Of a stretch of 64,000 bases of DNA, positions 1 to 11,690 are shown piece after piece. The stretch covers positions 94,950,297 through 95,014,296 of the forward strand of contig NC_068988.1 in NCBI RefSeq assembly GCF_001194135.2, read 5' to 3'. The notes beneath the pieces are model-generated. The model had not been told where the DNA came from. It made no database searches and saw only the letters and a list, made by a program, of their open reading frames with translations. This DNA is from Octopus bimaculoides (Eukaryota). A program made the position numbers and the translations under genes. Each line of letters opens with the position of its first letter. The stretch's first letter is position 1.

Positions 1-72
<72 letters not shown>

Positions 73-85
73 TGTATGTATGTAT
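1..85. repeat. (TA)n/(TATG)n compound microsatellite
   Basis: Direct reading; representative of dozens of TA, TG, TATG, GATA, GACA, ATT and GAT tracts across the window. Confidence 0.98.
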
Positions 86-271
86 AAGAAAGTAAAACTG
101 ACAAATACCGCTTTCAGTGTCTTCTGATCTATATTGGGGAAAAACTAACACAATACAAATTGGGGTAGACCGACGTTGACTTCGCAAACACTGCTAAAGC
201 AATGTTGTGTTTCTAAACTATTAGCTCTTCTCATTCTCAGACATGTATATTCACCATCTATCTGTTTGACC

Positions 272-327
<56 letters not shown>

Positions 328-432
328 ATCTATCTATCTATCTATCTATACAAACATACATATATACATATATGTACGTGTTTGTATGTATGAATATATA
401 CTTATAATTATGTATGTACGTGTGCGTGTGTG

Positions 433-463
<31 letters not shown>

Positions 464-1482
464 TTGTCTGTCTGTGTTCCTTCGAGTTTTATTTAAGTTC
501 CTCTCAAGAAAGTTGAAGTTGGTCGCTAACAAAACGACAAGACTTTTTTCCGTTTAAGAGAGTTCGCGGTGTCTGTCAATATTAGGTTGAGTTGGTGTAT
601 AAATATGTATGTATGAATGAATCTATCAATGAGTCTATGTGTGTGCGTGTGTGTGTGTGTGTGCATGTGTGTGAATGGCTGGCGTGAATATAACAGTACA
701 ATATAAAAGAACAAAACGAGCTCAGTACAAGAGTAGAGTGGCAGTAATATTTATTGTTGATCTGAGATTTGACTCTGAGATTTCTGCTCAAGTCTCATGC
801 TTACCGCAATTCAAGTACGAAACACAGAATAGATATATGTATACTTTCTATTGTTTTCGGTTTTATATTCATACATCAATAAAAGTTTTATACTTTTTTT
901 TTTTATCCAGTAACTGCAGGATATCAATATTTTATGTCTGAAATGTTTTTCTGTGTGTATTCTAAATTATGCGAACTACAGTTAACGGGAGACCCAGCGT
1001 AATAAACGTTGGCTCTACAATCTAAATCGTAATTACCCAGTATTACTCACCTAGTTTTACACTGTATTAGGTGTCTTGTTCATGTCTTTGTAATTTGTAT
1101 AACTTTAGTGGAAAGCTTGGAACATATGCAGCTTAATTCTTCTCTTATTCTGTAAAGATGTGTATCGTAAGCTTGTGTCTATGCACATTTGTCACAAGAC
1201 TTTCCCCACATTAAATATCTAGTTTTAATATTCAGTTTACTATAAAACAGTATTATTACATCCATTAATGTATTTATTTCTGTCTATCTATTCACTGTCT
1301 ATTCCTCTCTGCTTATTTCTACGTGAATGTGTGTGTGTGTGAGTTTAAAAGATAAATAGATATGGAAGAAAAGACAAGGAAACAGACTAAAATACATTAT
1401 TAGATACAATAATGCTCTTTTATACTAAACCGTAATTTAAGACTAGATATTTTATGTGACAAAGTCTTAGGACGAGTTTACA

Positions 1483-1519
<37 letters not shown>

Positions 1520-2619
1520 GCTTATGGTATACATCTTCCAGAATAATAAAGGAATTAAACTGTAATTGTAACAATCTTTCTACTAAAAATGTACAGATTA
1601 CAATGATATAAACAAAAGACATAATACAGCGTTAAAATAGACCGTTGTCGCCAGGTGAGTAGGTTTACATGAGAGAATGTAACTGCCGGACCACTCTAGG
1701 TTTCTGAATGTTAGATGGATCTAAGAACAAGAGAGACACTTTATACTTTATATAAGTATATCCGGCATTGTTTTGTTTCTGTCTTTTTATCAAACACCTG
1801 ATCAAAAGCTGCAGAATTTACTGTAAGTCATGCGTGACGTGTTGTGAAATATCACAGAGGCTGGTTCTTTGTAGTCAGATAAATAACCCAATGAGGAGTG
1901 AAATAATGAATGACTACATCTCTGCGATGTATTGTTTTTCGGTGAGATTAGAATTTCCTGGATCATTAAATTCACTTTTATAATATTTCTTTCAGTAATG
2001 CCATTCAGGAAGATTCATCTCTGGTTATCTTCAGACTGGATTTGAAATAGGAACCTTGATTTCCAAAACAAAGATGATGATGTCCTTGTCCACTGCGTTT
2101 GGAAGAAAAGTAAGTTTAAACCACACAACAATACCTACACGGTTTCATAAACAATCATACACAAACACACATGCAAACACACATATACACACATACACAT
2201 ACAACACACACAGACACACACTCAAACAGACACAAACACACACGCAGACACACAATCAAACACAGCAACAAATACGTGAACTCACACATAAACACATGTA
2301 TACACACACATACATACACACTCACATGTATACACACTGAAGCGCGCGCGCACTCTCACACACATGAACACACATACACACAAACACACACACACATGTT
2401 ATCGTGAGATTAATCAAAATAATTTAATGTACTCAAAAACGAATGTAACTTTAAAATTCATGGCAAAATACAGCAGCTGTTTCTAAAGACACCACTTCGG
2501 ACACAAACTCTCAAGTGTAGCCTCTATGTGTATTATTCATATAGACACATACAAATTAGTATATACCCGTACGTAAACACACGTGTCCGCGCGCAGGCAC
2601 GCACGCACACACTGTTATC

Positions 2620-2750
2620 TTTTATCTTTTATTTGTCTCAGTCTCTGAGCTGCAACCATGTTGGGGTAACACCATCGAATGTTATGTGAAACTAATAGAA
2701 CCCAGTACAAGGTCGCAAACAAACCAATACCGGTAGCCAAGTTGCGTTGA
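2620..2750 (-). mobile_element. Degenerate SINE 3' tail (family B)
   Basis: tttgtctcagtc..ctgcaaccatgttgggg..cacc resembles the better copy at 48661-48720. Confidence 0.55.
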
Positions 2751-2814
2751 CGTTGATAAACACAGAGTTACACGCATAGATATATATGTGACGATGAGAA
2801 GGATGGATGTGGCT

Positions 2815-3575
2815 ATGGATAAAGGAAATAAACAGTAAAAGATAACGTAGATTGTATCCACTTAGATAAGAATGGATACTCGAGAAAGATAGAAGTTGCG
2901 AAGTTGAATAGAAGACAAATGAAGTTGTGACGGTGAGAATCGTAAAGCAGCCAACTGAGAGAGTGGAGAGGGGTGGGGGAAGGGAATTCGAACTCTAGGA
3001 GGGTGAAAGCATAAATCTGGATCAAATGTTAGAGCAGCATCGTCGGCGGAAGAGCAGTATCGTCGGCGGAAGAACAGCATCGTCGACGAGTGCTTGGGGA
3101 ACCCCACTGGAAAATGGACGAATTTTCTTCGAATTGGAAATGAAGAAAGAGTCATCGGTGCAGAGAAGTGGATGACAGATTTGGTGTGAAGGAGATAAAA
3201 GGAAGTGGTGTTAGGAAGATTACAGATTCATAGTTGACCGATGTGAAGAAATAAGAGGTGTCAGTATTTCTAGAAAGTTGATAGAAGTATTAGTGTTGGT
3301 GGTTTGAGGGAGGACAACCAAAATGTGAGTGTCTCCCTGATGAGTGACGAAGCATCAATAACAGTGGCTGTGTCGAGGGTCAGTGTGGTCCTCGACCATT
3401 GTACTTGGGCGTAAATAAAATCAGTCGGTGATCACTTGTTTATGTACTTGTAACGAACAAGTGGGTTTCCGTGGGGTCAACCTTGATGCCAATGACAACA
3501 CAGTTGGTGGAAACTATCTGAAGAGGGAAAATGAGTCAGTGTAAAGACGAGGTCAACGAGTCGGGGAAGTATAGA
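2815..3575 (-). pseudogene. Highly decayed Penelope-like element RT fragment
   Basis: Minus-strand pieces LVDLVFTLTHF, TSINFLEI and RIPFPHP match, in order, PLE RT motifs LLELVLTLNNF, SIxFLDI and RIPFxLTYHP; many stops and frameshifts; 20-nt x3 tandem at 3031-3090. Confidence 0.55.
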
Positions 3576-3646
3576 AGTACCCACATACTTATGCACACGC
3601 AAACACAAGCTTATATGTATGTATGTGTGTATGTATTTATGTATGT

Positions 3647-3797
3647 AGGCGCAGACGTGGCTGTGTGGTAAGAAGCTTGCTTCTCAGCCACATGGTTGTG
3701 GGTTCAGTTCCACTGCGCGATACCTTGTGCAAGTGCCTTCTACTATAGCCTCGGGCCGATTAAAGCCTTGTGAGTAGAGTTGGTTGACGTCGTATAT
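3647..3797 (+). mobile_element. tRNA-derived SINE, family A head/core
   Basis: A-box tggctgtgtgg, B-box gggttcagttcc and core cttctactatagcctcgggcc shared with 12651 and 48887 copies. Confidence 0.85.
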
Positions 3798-3844
3798 ATA
3801 TATATACACATATGCATATATACATATTTGTATATATTTGTGCA

Positions 3845-4645
3845 GGATCTACTAAGAAGTTTTGCAAGCTTTCCTTCTAAACCCATTGCAATGCTGGAAA
3901 CCCTCCCGTATCGTTAGCAGGTATCTCCGGGTTACAAGCGTTGCTTTTTTTTCTTCCTAAGCGAGGACTGAACTAGTGTTTGCGTGTGGAAGGGTTCCAC
4001 TTGCTGTCTCTTGTCAACTATATCTACCTTGAGCTTCTTTCAACTGCCGTGTCTCTCTCTTAGAAGGTCTTTTTCAGTTGTCTGGGTTCCAGACATATCT
4101 TGTACAGGAAATAACACACTGATCCAGCTGGAAAGCCGCGGCAGCCAACACCAATCTGGAATGAGGCCGCATGCGATCCCTTGACACGGACATCGTCGAC
4201 CAAATTATGATTGTGTTCCCTGTTCCCTAAGGGAACTGTGAGTTCGACCAGGACTGGTCGGAGTGATGTTATTTCAATCTCCTCTAGAAAGACAAGTTTG
4301 CACTTCAGGTCCACTTGCATCTCACGGTTTGAGGCTAAATATAAAACAGAAAACGAGCCCCCGTCATTCCATTCATCTTGGGAGCCTTGGTGCTTTCCTT
4401 TGATAATTTGATACTCTTTGGTGGTGCAGACTGCTGTTTATTAGCCTTCACATTTTGCAGATCAGTCCACTTGCCAATTCTGCAAGGACCTTGTCATGTC
4501 TCTATTTGTATAGGCTTTCTCCCAGTGCCGTGAGGCATCCGGTCAAAACGTGGTTCAGGGTGCAAAGGGTTGCTCCACATTACTTGCAGGATGGGGCTTC
4601 TTTTTTACCCCACATCATAAGGTTCTTTGGGGGTACATGGTACCT
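3845..4645 (-). pseudogene. 3' part of REL-endonuclease non-LTR retrotransposon (HERO/NeSL-like)
   Basis: Minus strand: PPKNLMMWGKKEAPSCK*CGATLCTLNHVLTGC (CCHC knuckle), RHDKVL, then VDLKCKLVFLEEIEITSLRP..VELTVP..GVGCRGFP (REL domain); internal stops and deletions. Confidence 0.8.
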
Positions 4646-4749
4646 ATGCATGTATGTATGTACATTTTTCTCATTAGGTAGGAGATTATTGATAAATTGG
4701 TAAATAGTTGTGAAAACAGGCAGAAAATAGAAAGACTGAAGAACAGACA

Positions 4750-4794
<45 letters not shown>

Positions 4795-5625
4795 GAGAGA
4801 CAGACAGAAAAGTAAGAGAGATTAAGTAATATACGTATAGATATGTGAATACATAGACAGACATATGGACTGAGATAGTGGGCGGAGAGAGTTTGAAACA
4901 AATGTATATAATTATCTGTTTTAAACTTTTCTGATATATGAGACTAGCCAAAGTGAGTGTAAGTGTGTGCTGGTTCGTGGAAGTTTAACTGTGATAGATA
5001 AATTGTGCGTTTGAAGATTACATTCATTGGAAATATTTTTCCGCTGCACAAAAATACGTAATAAAAGGCAATAAAGAAGTTAAATAATAACATAGGGAAA
5101 AGTCTAAGAAGGAGATCAAAGAAATCAAAGAATTTTTTAAAATTCAAGACAAACTTTAAAAGAAAGAAAAACAAGGAGAAATGATAAAAACGAAGTAAAT
5201 AAATAAATAGATAAATAAATAGATAAATAACTAACTTGGAAAGAAAGGAAGAAGGAAAGAATTTTCGCAAAAATTATTCTGAGAGTTGGTGATGACATTA
5301 ACTTTTATAAGTCCCAGTTTTGATAGCGAAAATAAGAAATGGAATATTTTATAAAAGCAAACAAATAACAATATGAATAAAATTTGTGGTGGGGAGAAAA
5401 GGGGGAGGTGAACGAGGAGGAACAGGAAGAGGAGAAAGAAAAGTAATGAAGGAGATGTAGACGAAGAGAAAAGAATATGAGGTAGACGAAAAAGCGTGAG
5501 ACATCGATCAGCGATGCTATTTAAAGGGAGATATTCAATCGATGCCTTCTGACGGTTTGATTGAGAAGTCTTGCCATAGCAATACGGCAGAAGGACGAGG
5601 GAATTGTTGAGGCATAGTTAAAGGA

Positions 5626-5628
<3 letters not shown>

Positions 5629-5692
<64 letters not shown>
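5629..5692. repeat. (GA)n microsatellite
   Basis: Direct reading. Confidence 0.98.
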
Positions 5693-5696
<4 letters not shown>

Positions 5697-6454
5697 ACGG
5701 GGGAATGGAGTCTGTAAGAAATAAGGAGCAAAAAGTAGTGAGATGAATTATTGACGTAGAACGTGACAGAGAGCGAGAGTGAGAGAGTGAGAGAATGAGA
5801 GAGAGAGGGAGAGAGAGGGAGAGAGAGGAGGAGAAAAGAGAGGGGGAAGAGGGAGAGAAATCATGAATGAAAATCCTTCATATATCGACTTCCGTTGATG
5901 TGCATATGAAGCCAACATATAGTGTAATCACAGTTAATAGCAAGTCAGCTATTCTTAACCGAGTCTGAAGGTTAAATTGCCTTATGTTAACATCGTTGCC
6001 ATGCCATTTCGCTATCATCTTTATGATGATCAGCAAGCGGACAGTTATTACGTACACGGTAAAGTAGATTATCAGTGACCAGATCGGAGATGTACCACGA
6101 AACACTTTGATAACTAATCAAATTGTTAGACAGTAAAAGCAAATAGAACAGAATGTGTGTACGGTTTTAATGGCTAACATAAGCAATGCCTCTCTTTTAC
6201 TTGCAACACATAATTTGAGATCAAACTGCTTGACAAACTAAATGTGACTCAAAAAGATATTATTTACATGTATAGAATATGTTTATACAAATCTTCCGAG
6301 TCTTCGCTGCCCATCGTTTCTGTCCGGCACTTGTTTATTAGGGAATATACGCTCGAATATAACTTGCTAACCACAAATCTCAAAGCAGGGCCTGGAAGTT
6401 GCTGAAGGACTTGTGAAGGCGCAAGAGCTTTTCCTTGCTGCTTTCTTTTTTCTT

Positions 6455-6479
6455 TATTATTATTATTATTATTATTGTT

Positions 6480-6536
<57 letters not shown>

Positions 6537-6544
6537 GCTGTTGC

Positions 6545-6575
<31 letters not shown>

Positions 6576-6600
6576 ATTATTATCATCATTATTATTGTTA
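6455..6600. repeat. (ATT)n/(GTT)n trinucleotide tract
   Basis: Direct reading; source of the poly-C/V/L/T ORFs. Confidence 0.98.
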
Positions 6601-7180
6601 TATTTGAGACAAGTTTTTGCATCCAGTCATCAGAGATTTTCAGCTAAGTGTTTAGGCAAATTGTGGCAATCTTCATTATTAATTCCAATTGCAAAAATCC
6701 ACGGTCACCCTCTTTTCTTGGCAGATAAAGTCGTTCTATAGTTCTATAGTTCTATCTGCATTAGAGTGGTGCGTTCTATTTATTGTCAGCAATTTTCGTA
6801 TTTTTCTGCAAAGATTACAACTTCCATTAATTAACAATTTAATAATATTGAAACTGTAAGTCACGATCGCTATGGCAAAAGTATTGATCGCTTCGATCCT
6901 GTTTCTTACGTTCAGCCCTTAACCTGCTATAATATTCTTTTCTGATCTTTTTCTTCACCACTGAATGTTTGATTCCATCACCTTCAAATACTCCTAGGAA
7001 TTTTCAGCTCTCCGCTGGTTCTAACTCCTTTATAGCATTCTGTCGGTCAAGTGTAACGTTGGATCTTTGTGTCATTTTCCCTTTGATAAAGATAGGCTTT
7101 TTCTACATTTATCGAAGCCATATTCCATCCTGATGTCGTCACTGTTTTACACTTGCTAGTAAGCCTTGTAGTTGTACAAG
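6601..7180 (-). pseudogene. R4/Dong-clade LINE RT C-terminal fragment
   Basis: Minus strand: DDIRMEYGFDKC..AIKELEPAES..LGVFEGDGI..RIEAINTFAIAIVTYSFNII..RLYLPRKEGDRGFLQLE. Confidence 0.85.
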
Positions 7181-7459
7181 ATGGCGAAAACCAACAACAC
7201 GATCATAATTTATTTGTTTCATTAAATAACTTTTTGTATTACAAACTGGCCACAACTGAGCAGGTGTGCTGTCAAGATAAACTCGAAAATGTTAATTAGC
7301 AAAAGCAAACGCATTCATACATACATACATACATACATACATACATACATACATACATGCATACATACATACATGTATACTTGCATGTACAGAAACACAG
7401 CCGTACCAATAATCCCTGTGGTATTTATACAATATATACCTAGCATGTGGTGCGTTCAT

Positions 7460-7837
<378 letters not shown>

Positions 7838-7844
7838 GTTGTTG

Positions 7845-8013
7845 TTGTTCGGTAGTTTTATTTTTATAACGTGCTTTCACTTCACTACCGAGCGCAGCTC
7901 TGTGTGCCTTGGGTATGTGCTGTGGTTTGCTGTGGTGCTCTTATGGTTACTGTATTGAAAGTGTTTTGCGTAGGATGTGTGCAGTGCCCAGTAGTGCAAT
8001 TTTCTGTATGTTA

Positions 8014-8015
<2 letters not shown>
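7845..8015 (-). mobile_element. R4/Dong-clade 3' terminus and 3' UTR embedded in (TAA)n
   Basis: Minus strand: NIQKIALLGTAHILRKTLSIQ* followed by UTR and (AAC/AAT)n tail; (ATT)n on both sides. Confidence 0.8.
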
Positions 8016-8073
<58 letters not shown>

Positions 8074-8109
8074 NNNNNNNNNNNNNNNNNNNNNNNNTGT
8101 CTCGTCTTA

Positions 8110-8175
<66 letters not shown>

Positions 8176-8332
8176 CATTATTATTATTATTATCATTTGT
8201 TTCTCTGTGACTTTCTGTCTTATGCAATGTAGTCTGCTATAGTTACATTGGGTCTCATTCCCGATTTTCAAAGATTCCATATACATATATATGCGTGTGT
8301 GTATGTATGTATATATGTATGTTTGTGTACAC

Positions 8333-8372
<40 letters not shown>

Positions 8373-8843
8373 TCACACATACATATGTGTTTCGCTAGTT
8401 GTTTCCACTTAAGTACCCTGTTTCAACTTGTTTAGTACAAATGTCGTCAACCATGCGATCATTACGCAACTAATACGATCGTTAAAGTAATTGGAATGAC
8501 AAGAATAAGGCATTTCATCTGGGACTAAATTCGGAATTAGAAAACCAAACCTTAGTGCTGTTGACTCAAAGATTTGTTGAATTCGCGTGATAAACATTGT
8601 TTATCTTTAAATTACCGAATCTTTTGATATCCAGTTCATCTCTTTTAGCTTACAGAAAATCAATAACAATGCTAAATCCACATTGAACTGATTAAAATGA
8701 TTGAACATCCATTAAGAACTCCTTTCCTATATAGTCGAGTTTGGATATTTTTCTTTCGCTCTCTACAGTCTGATTTTGAAAAAATGTTTTACCAAACTGA
8801 TCTTAGAAATTTGCTATTTGTAAATCTCACAACGAGTGATATT

Positions 8844-9164
8844 CAGCAACAGTACTTTGGAGTAAAGATTGTTTGCCAAAATAATATGGCAGTCCTGGTT
8901 TAGGACGAATGTTGCTCTAATTTAACCCCAGGAGACATCTGTGCTGATGAGGGGAAAGAACCCGGAAATCGTGATACACAGATATTGTTTTGAACTGAGC
9001 GGGGGTGCTAGATTCCCTTGTTCAAAAAATATAAGGTCACAGACCGTGTCCTGTAGCCAGCTGGAGACGATGTCTCCTGGAGATTAATTACAGCAACATT
9101 CGTCCTAAACCAGGACTGCCATGTTATGTTGGCAAACAATCTTTACTACAAAATGATCCTGCTG
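8844..9164. repeat. Inverted duplication, arms about 95 bp (8844-8939 / 9069-9164)
   Basis: agtaaagattgtttgccaa..ggcagtcctggtttaggacgaatgttgct..ccaggagacatc matches the reverse complement of 9069-9164 with scattered mismatches. Confidence 0.92.
8937..8983 (+). ncRNA. Minimal type I hammerhead ribozyme motif, one stem II mismatch
   Basis: Stem I ATCTGTG/CACAGAT; CTGATGA 8944-8950; stem II GGGG-aaagaa-CCCG; GAAA 8965-8968; near-palindromic TCGTGA; cleavage triplet ATA. Confidence 0.7.
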
Positions 9165-9214
9165 CAACTTCCTCTTCGATTTGCACTAGGACTTCCATCA
9201 GAAACTCAGTCCGA

Positions 9215-9436
9215 GGGAAAATGACAGAAACATTCAGCGTTACACTTGACCAACAGAATGTCATAAACGAGTTAGAACCAGCGGATAGCTATAAATACCT
9301 AAAGTCAATGATGAGGGAAAAGATCATCAAAGACTGCTATCGCAGGGTGAGGGCAATTCTCAAGCCAGGGCTGAACGTAGGAAACAGGATCGAAGCGATC
9401 AATACTTTAGACATAACGGTCGTGACTTAGAGTTTC
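9215..9436 (+). pseudogene. R4/Dong-clade internal RT fragment
   Basis: NELEPADSYKYL..MREKIIKDCYRRVRAILKPGLNVGNRIEAINTL; homologous to 6851-7081 in opposite orientation. Confidence 0.85.
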
Positions 9437-11018
9437 TCTTCGTTTTACAGTAGGACTTCCATCAGAAATGTTTGTGCCAATCAAAACAAGAACTCAATCG
9501 GTTTCCCACCATCAATTCTCTCACTGGAGTCATAAACCCAAGTGAACAAAAAAGGATGTCATTTGATGCGTCACTTATCTCACGAATGAGAAATCTGAAT
9601 GAAAAACACAATCCAGCCGGTAGGCTTCCGTACAATCTCTCTGTGCCAAATTTTCCTCACAACGCTTGCGTCGACTCTTTTTGTTAGATGAACACATACG
9701 TCCACAAGCACAAATGCTCTCACGCGTATTGCATATTCCTGCGGTTGTGCATTACATACATGCATTTATGTTACATACATGCATTTATGTTACATACATG
9801 CATTCATGTTACATACATGCGTTGATGAGTATACATATATGCATGCATACATAGATATACATATATCATGCGCAGCTACCAACACACACATGTATCTGTA
9901 TGTGTGTTTCTACATACATGTTAGCACGTCGGTGTTCACATTACAAAGTAGCAAAAAGACAAGAAAGAAAATAAGTATTAAAAAACATCTTATTTTTTCT
10001 CCATGAATTTTTTTTTTTCTTCTACAAAATACGACATTTTTCTCTCTCCTTTAGAAAGTAATAAACGCGTAACTTGATAGGAGAGACAAATCATTGACTG
10101 GACAAGCTAACTCAGCTTTCTATTAATAACTTTGTGAACGTGCTAATGTCGAAACTCTGCCCATTCTTGTTATTGATATCCTTGTTTGACATGACAATAC
10201 CATATTCCCTGCAGCTATCATTCAATGGAAGACAGTTTTGCCACCAATTTTATTCAACGAAACAACCTCAAGCGGTCATTCAATCTGCGAGAAATATCAA
10301 CCAAATCTACCTATTGTCTTAAAATAGGAAGGACGTGTTATATATNNNNNNNNNNNNNNNNNNNNNNNNNNNNNNNNNNNNNNNNNNNNNNNNNNNNNNN
10401 NNNNNNNNNNNNNNNNNNNNNNNNNNNNNNNNNNNNNNNNNNNNNNNNNNNNNNNNNNNNNNNNNNNNNNNNNNNNNNNNNNNNNNNNNNNNNNNNNNNN
10501 NNNNNNNNNNNNNNNNNNNNNNNNNNNNNNNNNNNNNNNNNNNNNNNNNNNNNNNNNNNNNNNNNNNNNNNNNNNNNNNNNNNNNNNNNNNNNNNNNNNN
10601 NNNNNNNNNNNNNNNNNNNNNNNNNNNNNNNNNNNNNNNNNNNNNNNNNNNNNNNNNNNNNNNNNNNNNNNNNNNNNNNNNNNNNNNNNNNNNNNNNNNN
10701 NNNNNNNNNNNNNNATATATATATATTAAATACACTGAATCAAATATAAAAAAGACAGCGTTGACTAGCAGGGTTTTCACGGGACCATATTATTTCATAA
10801 CTAATATTTGTAACTTTACAATCTCTTGTACAACATCTAGATGTGTCCTGAACAAAAGCAGACATTATTAACTGGCCAACTAATGTAAACAGACACGCCT
10901 AAACTAAACCTTATGTGCCGCCCCTTTTAAGCAAGTATTTCAATCAAATGATAACATGTTTTTCTTACCTTGTATCTTTGCGTCCTTCGTAAATTGCTTG
11001 TATAATATATATTTCTCT

Positions 11019-11065
<47 letters not shown>

Positions 11066-11189
11066 TGCGTGTATTAAACATATTATATACAGTATTATAT
11101 CTATCTATGGTCATCTTTTGCCAATTAAACATACGCACTATTCATTTGACCTTCACTTTGTTTTTATTTTTATTATTGTTAGTTTATTT

Positions 11190-11232
11190 GTCAAAGTTCT
11201 TTCGTCACACATTTTGTGATCTCTTCAGCGAC
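11190..11232 (-). ncRNA. Decayed hammerhead motif (PLE-type repeat family, copy 1)
   Basis: Minus: GTCG CTGAAGA gATCACaaaatgtGTGAC GAAA gaac TT TGAC; flanks homologous to 48135-48270. Confidence 0.5.
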
Positions 11233-11360
11233 TTTTTCTTCCCAAGTGTCTTTACTTGTGTTACATTATTTACTTTGGACGGATGTGTGTCCTCATCTTG
11301 TTTGGACACACATCCTCATCTTTAAAATATAGTCCACTTGGGCTATTCCATTTTGTCAAA

Positions 11361-11513
11361 AATGGAATAAGAACGGTAATGGAATAGGTGCGACAATGGA
11401 ATAAGCATGACAAAGGAATAGGCACAATAATGGAGTATGCACGGTAATGGAATTGGCATGACAATGGAATAGGTGTGACAATGGAATAGGTACAGCAGTG
11501 GAACAGGCACGGC
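11361..11513. repeat. 17-bp minisatellite, 9 units (consensus AATGGAATAGGCAYGAC)
   Basis: Nine consecutive 17-nt units counted; no unique spacers. Confidence 0.92.
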
Positions 11514-11690
11514 GACGTCGACCTATTGTTTCACTGATATTTTATTTTATCTATCTTCGAAGGATGAAAGGTGAAGTTGAACTCAACGGGATTTGAACTC
11601 CGAAAGAGAGAGACCCGTAACTGAACACCACATTGTACTTAGTAATTTCCTACACTCTACCCAGTCAGCCAAACCACCACCCAACAATCA
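11514..11690 (-). mobile_element. Degenerate tRNA-derived SINE (family D)
   Basis: tatcttcgaaggatgaaagg..gaagttga..ggatttgaactc resembles 54535-54734. Confidence 0.6.

Noticed and set aside
1051-1149. 99-nt minus-strand exon-like segment with good AG and GTGAGT sites
   Set aside because: Stop codons in all three frames; could only be noncoding
1640-1660. Plus-strand donor CAG|GTGAGT
   Set aside because: No pyrimidine-rich acceptor or open exon upstream
3338-3360. CTGATGAgtgacGAAG hammerhead-like string
   Set aside because: GAAG instead of GAAA, no stems I or III; lies antisense within the PLE RT relic
5878-6105. Hydrophobic 75-aa minus ORF with IADLL, GPCR TM1-TM2-like
   Set aside because: No GN motif or downstream helices, no splice support; similarity is superficial
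11361-11513. CRISPR-like appearance of the 17-nt array
   Set aside because: Contiguous degenerate units without unique spacers, eukaryotic context, no cas genes
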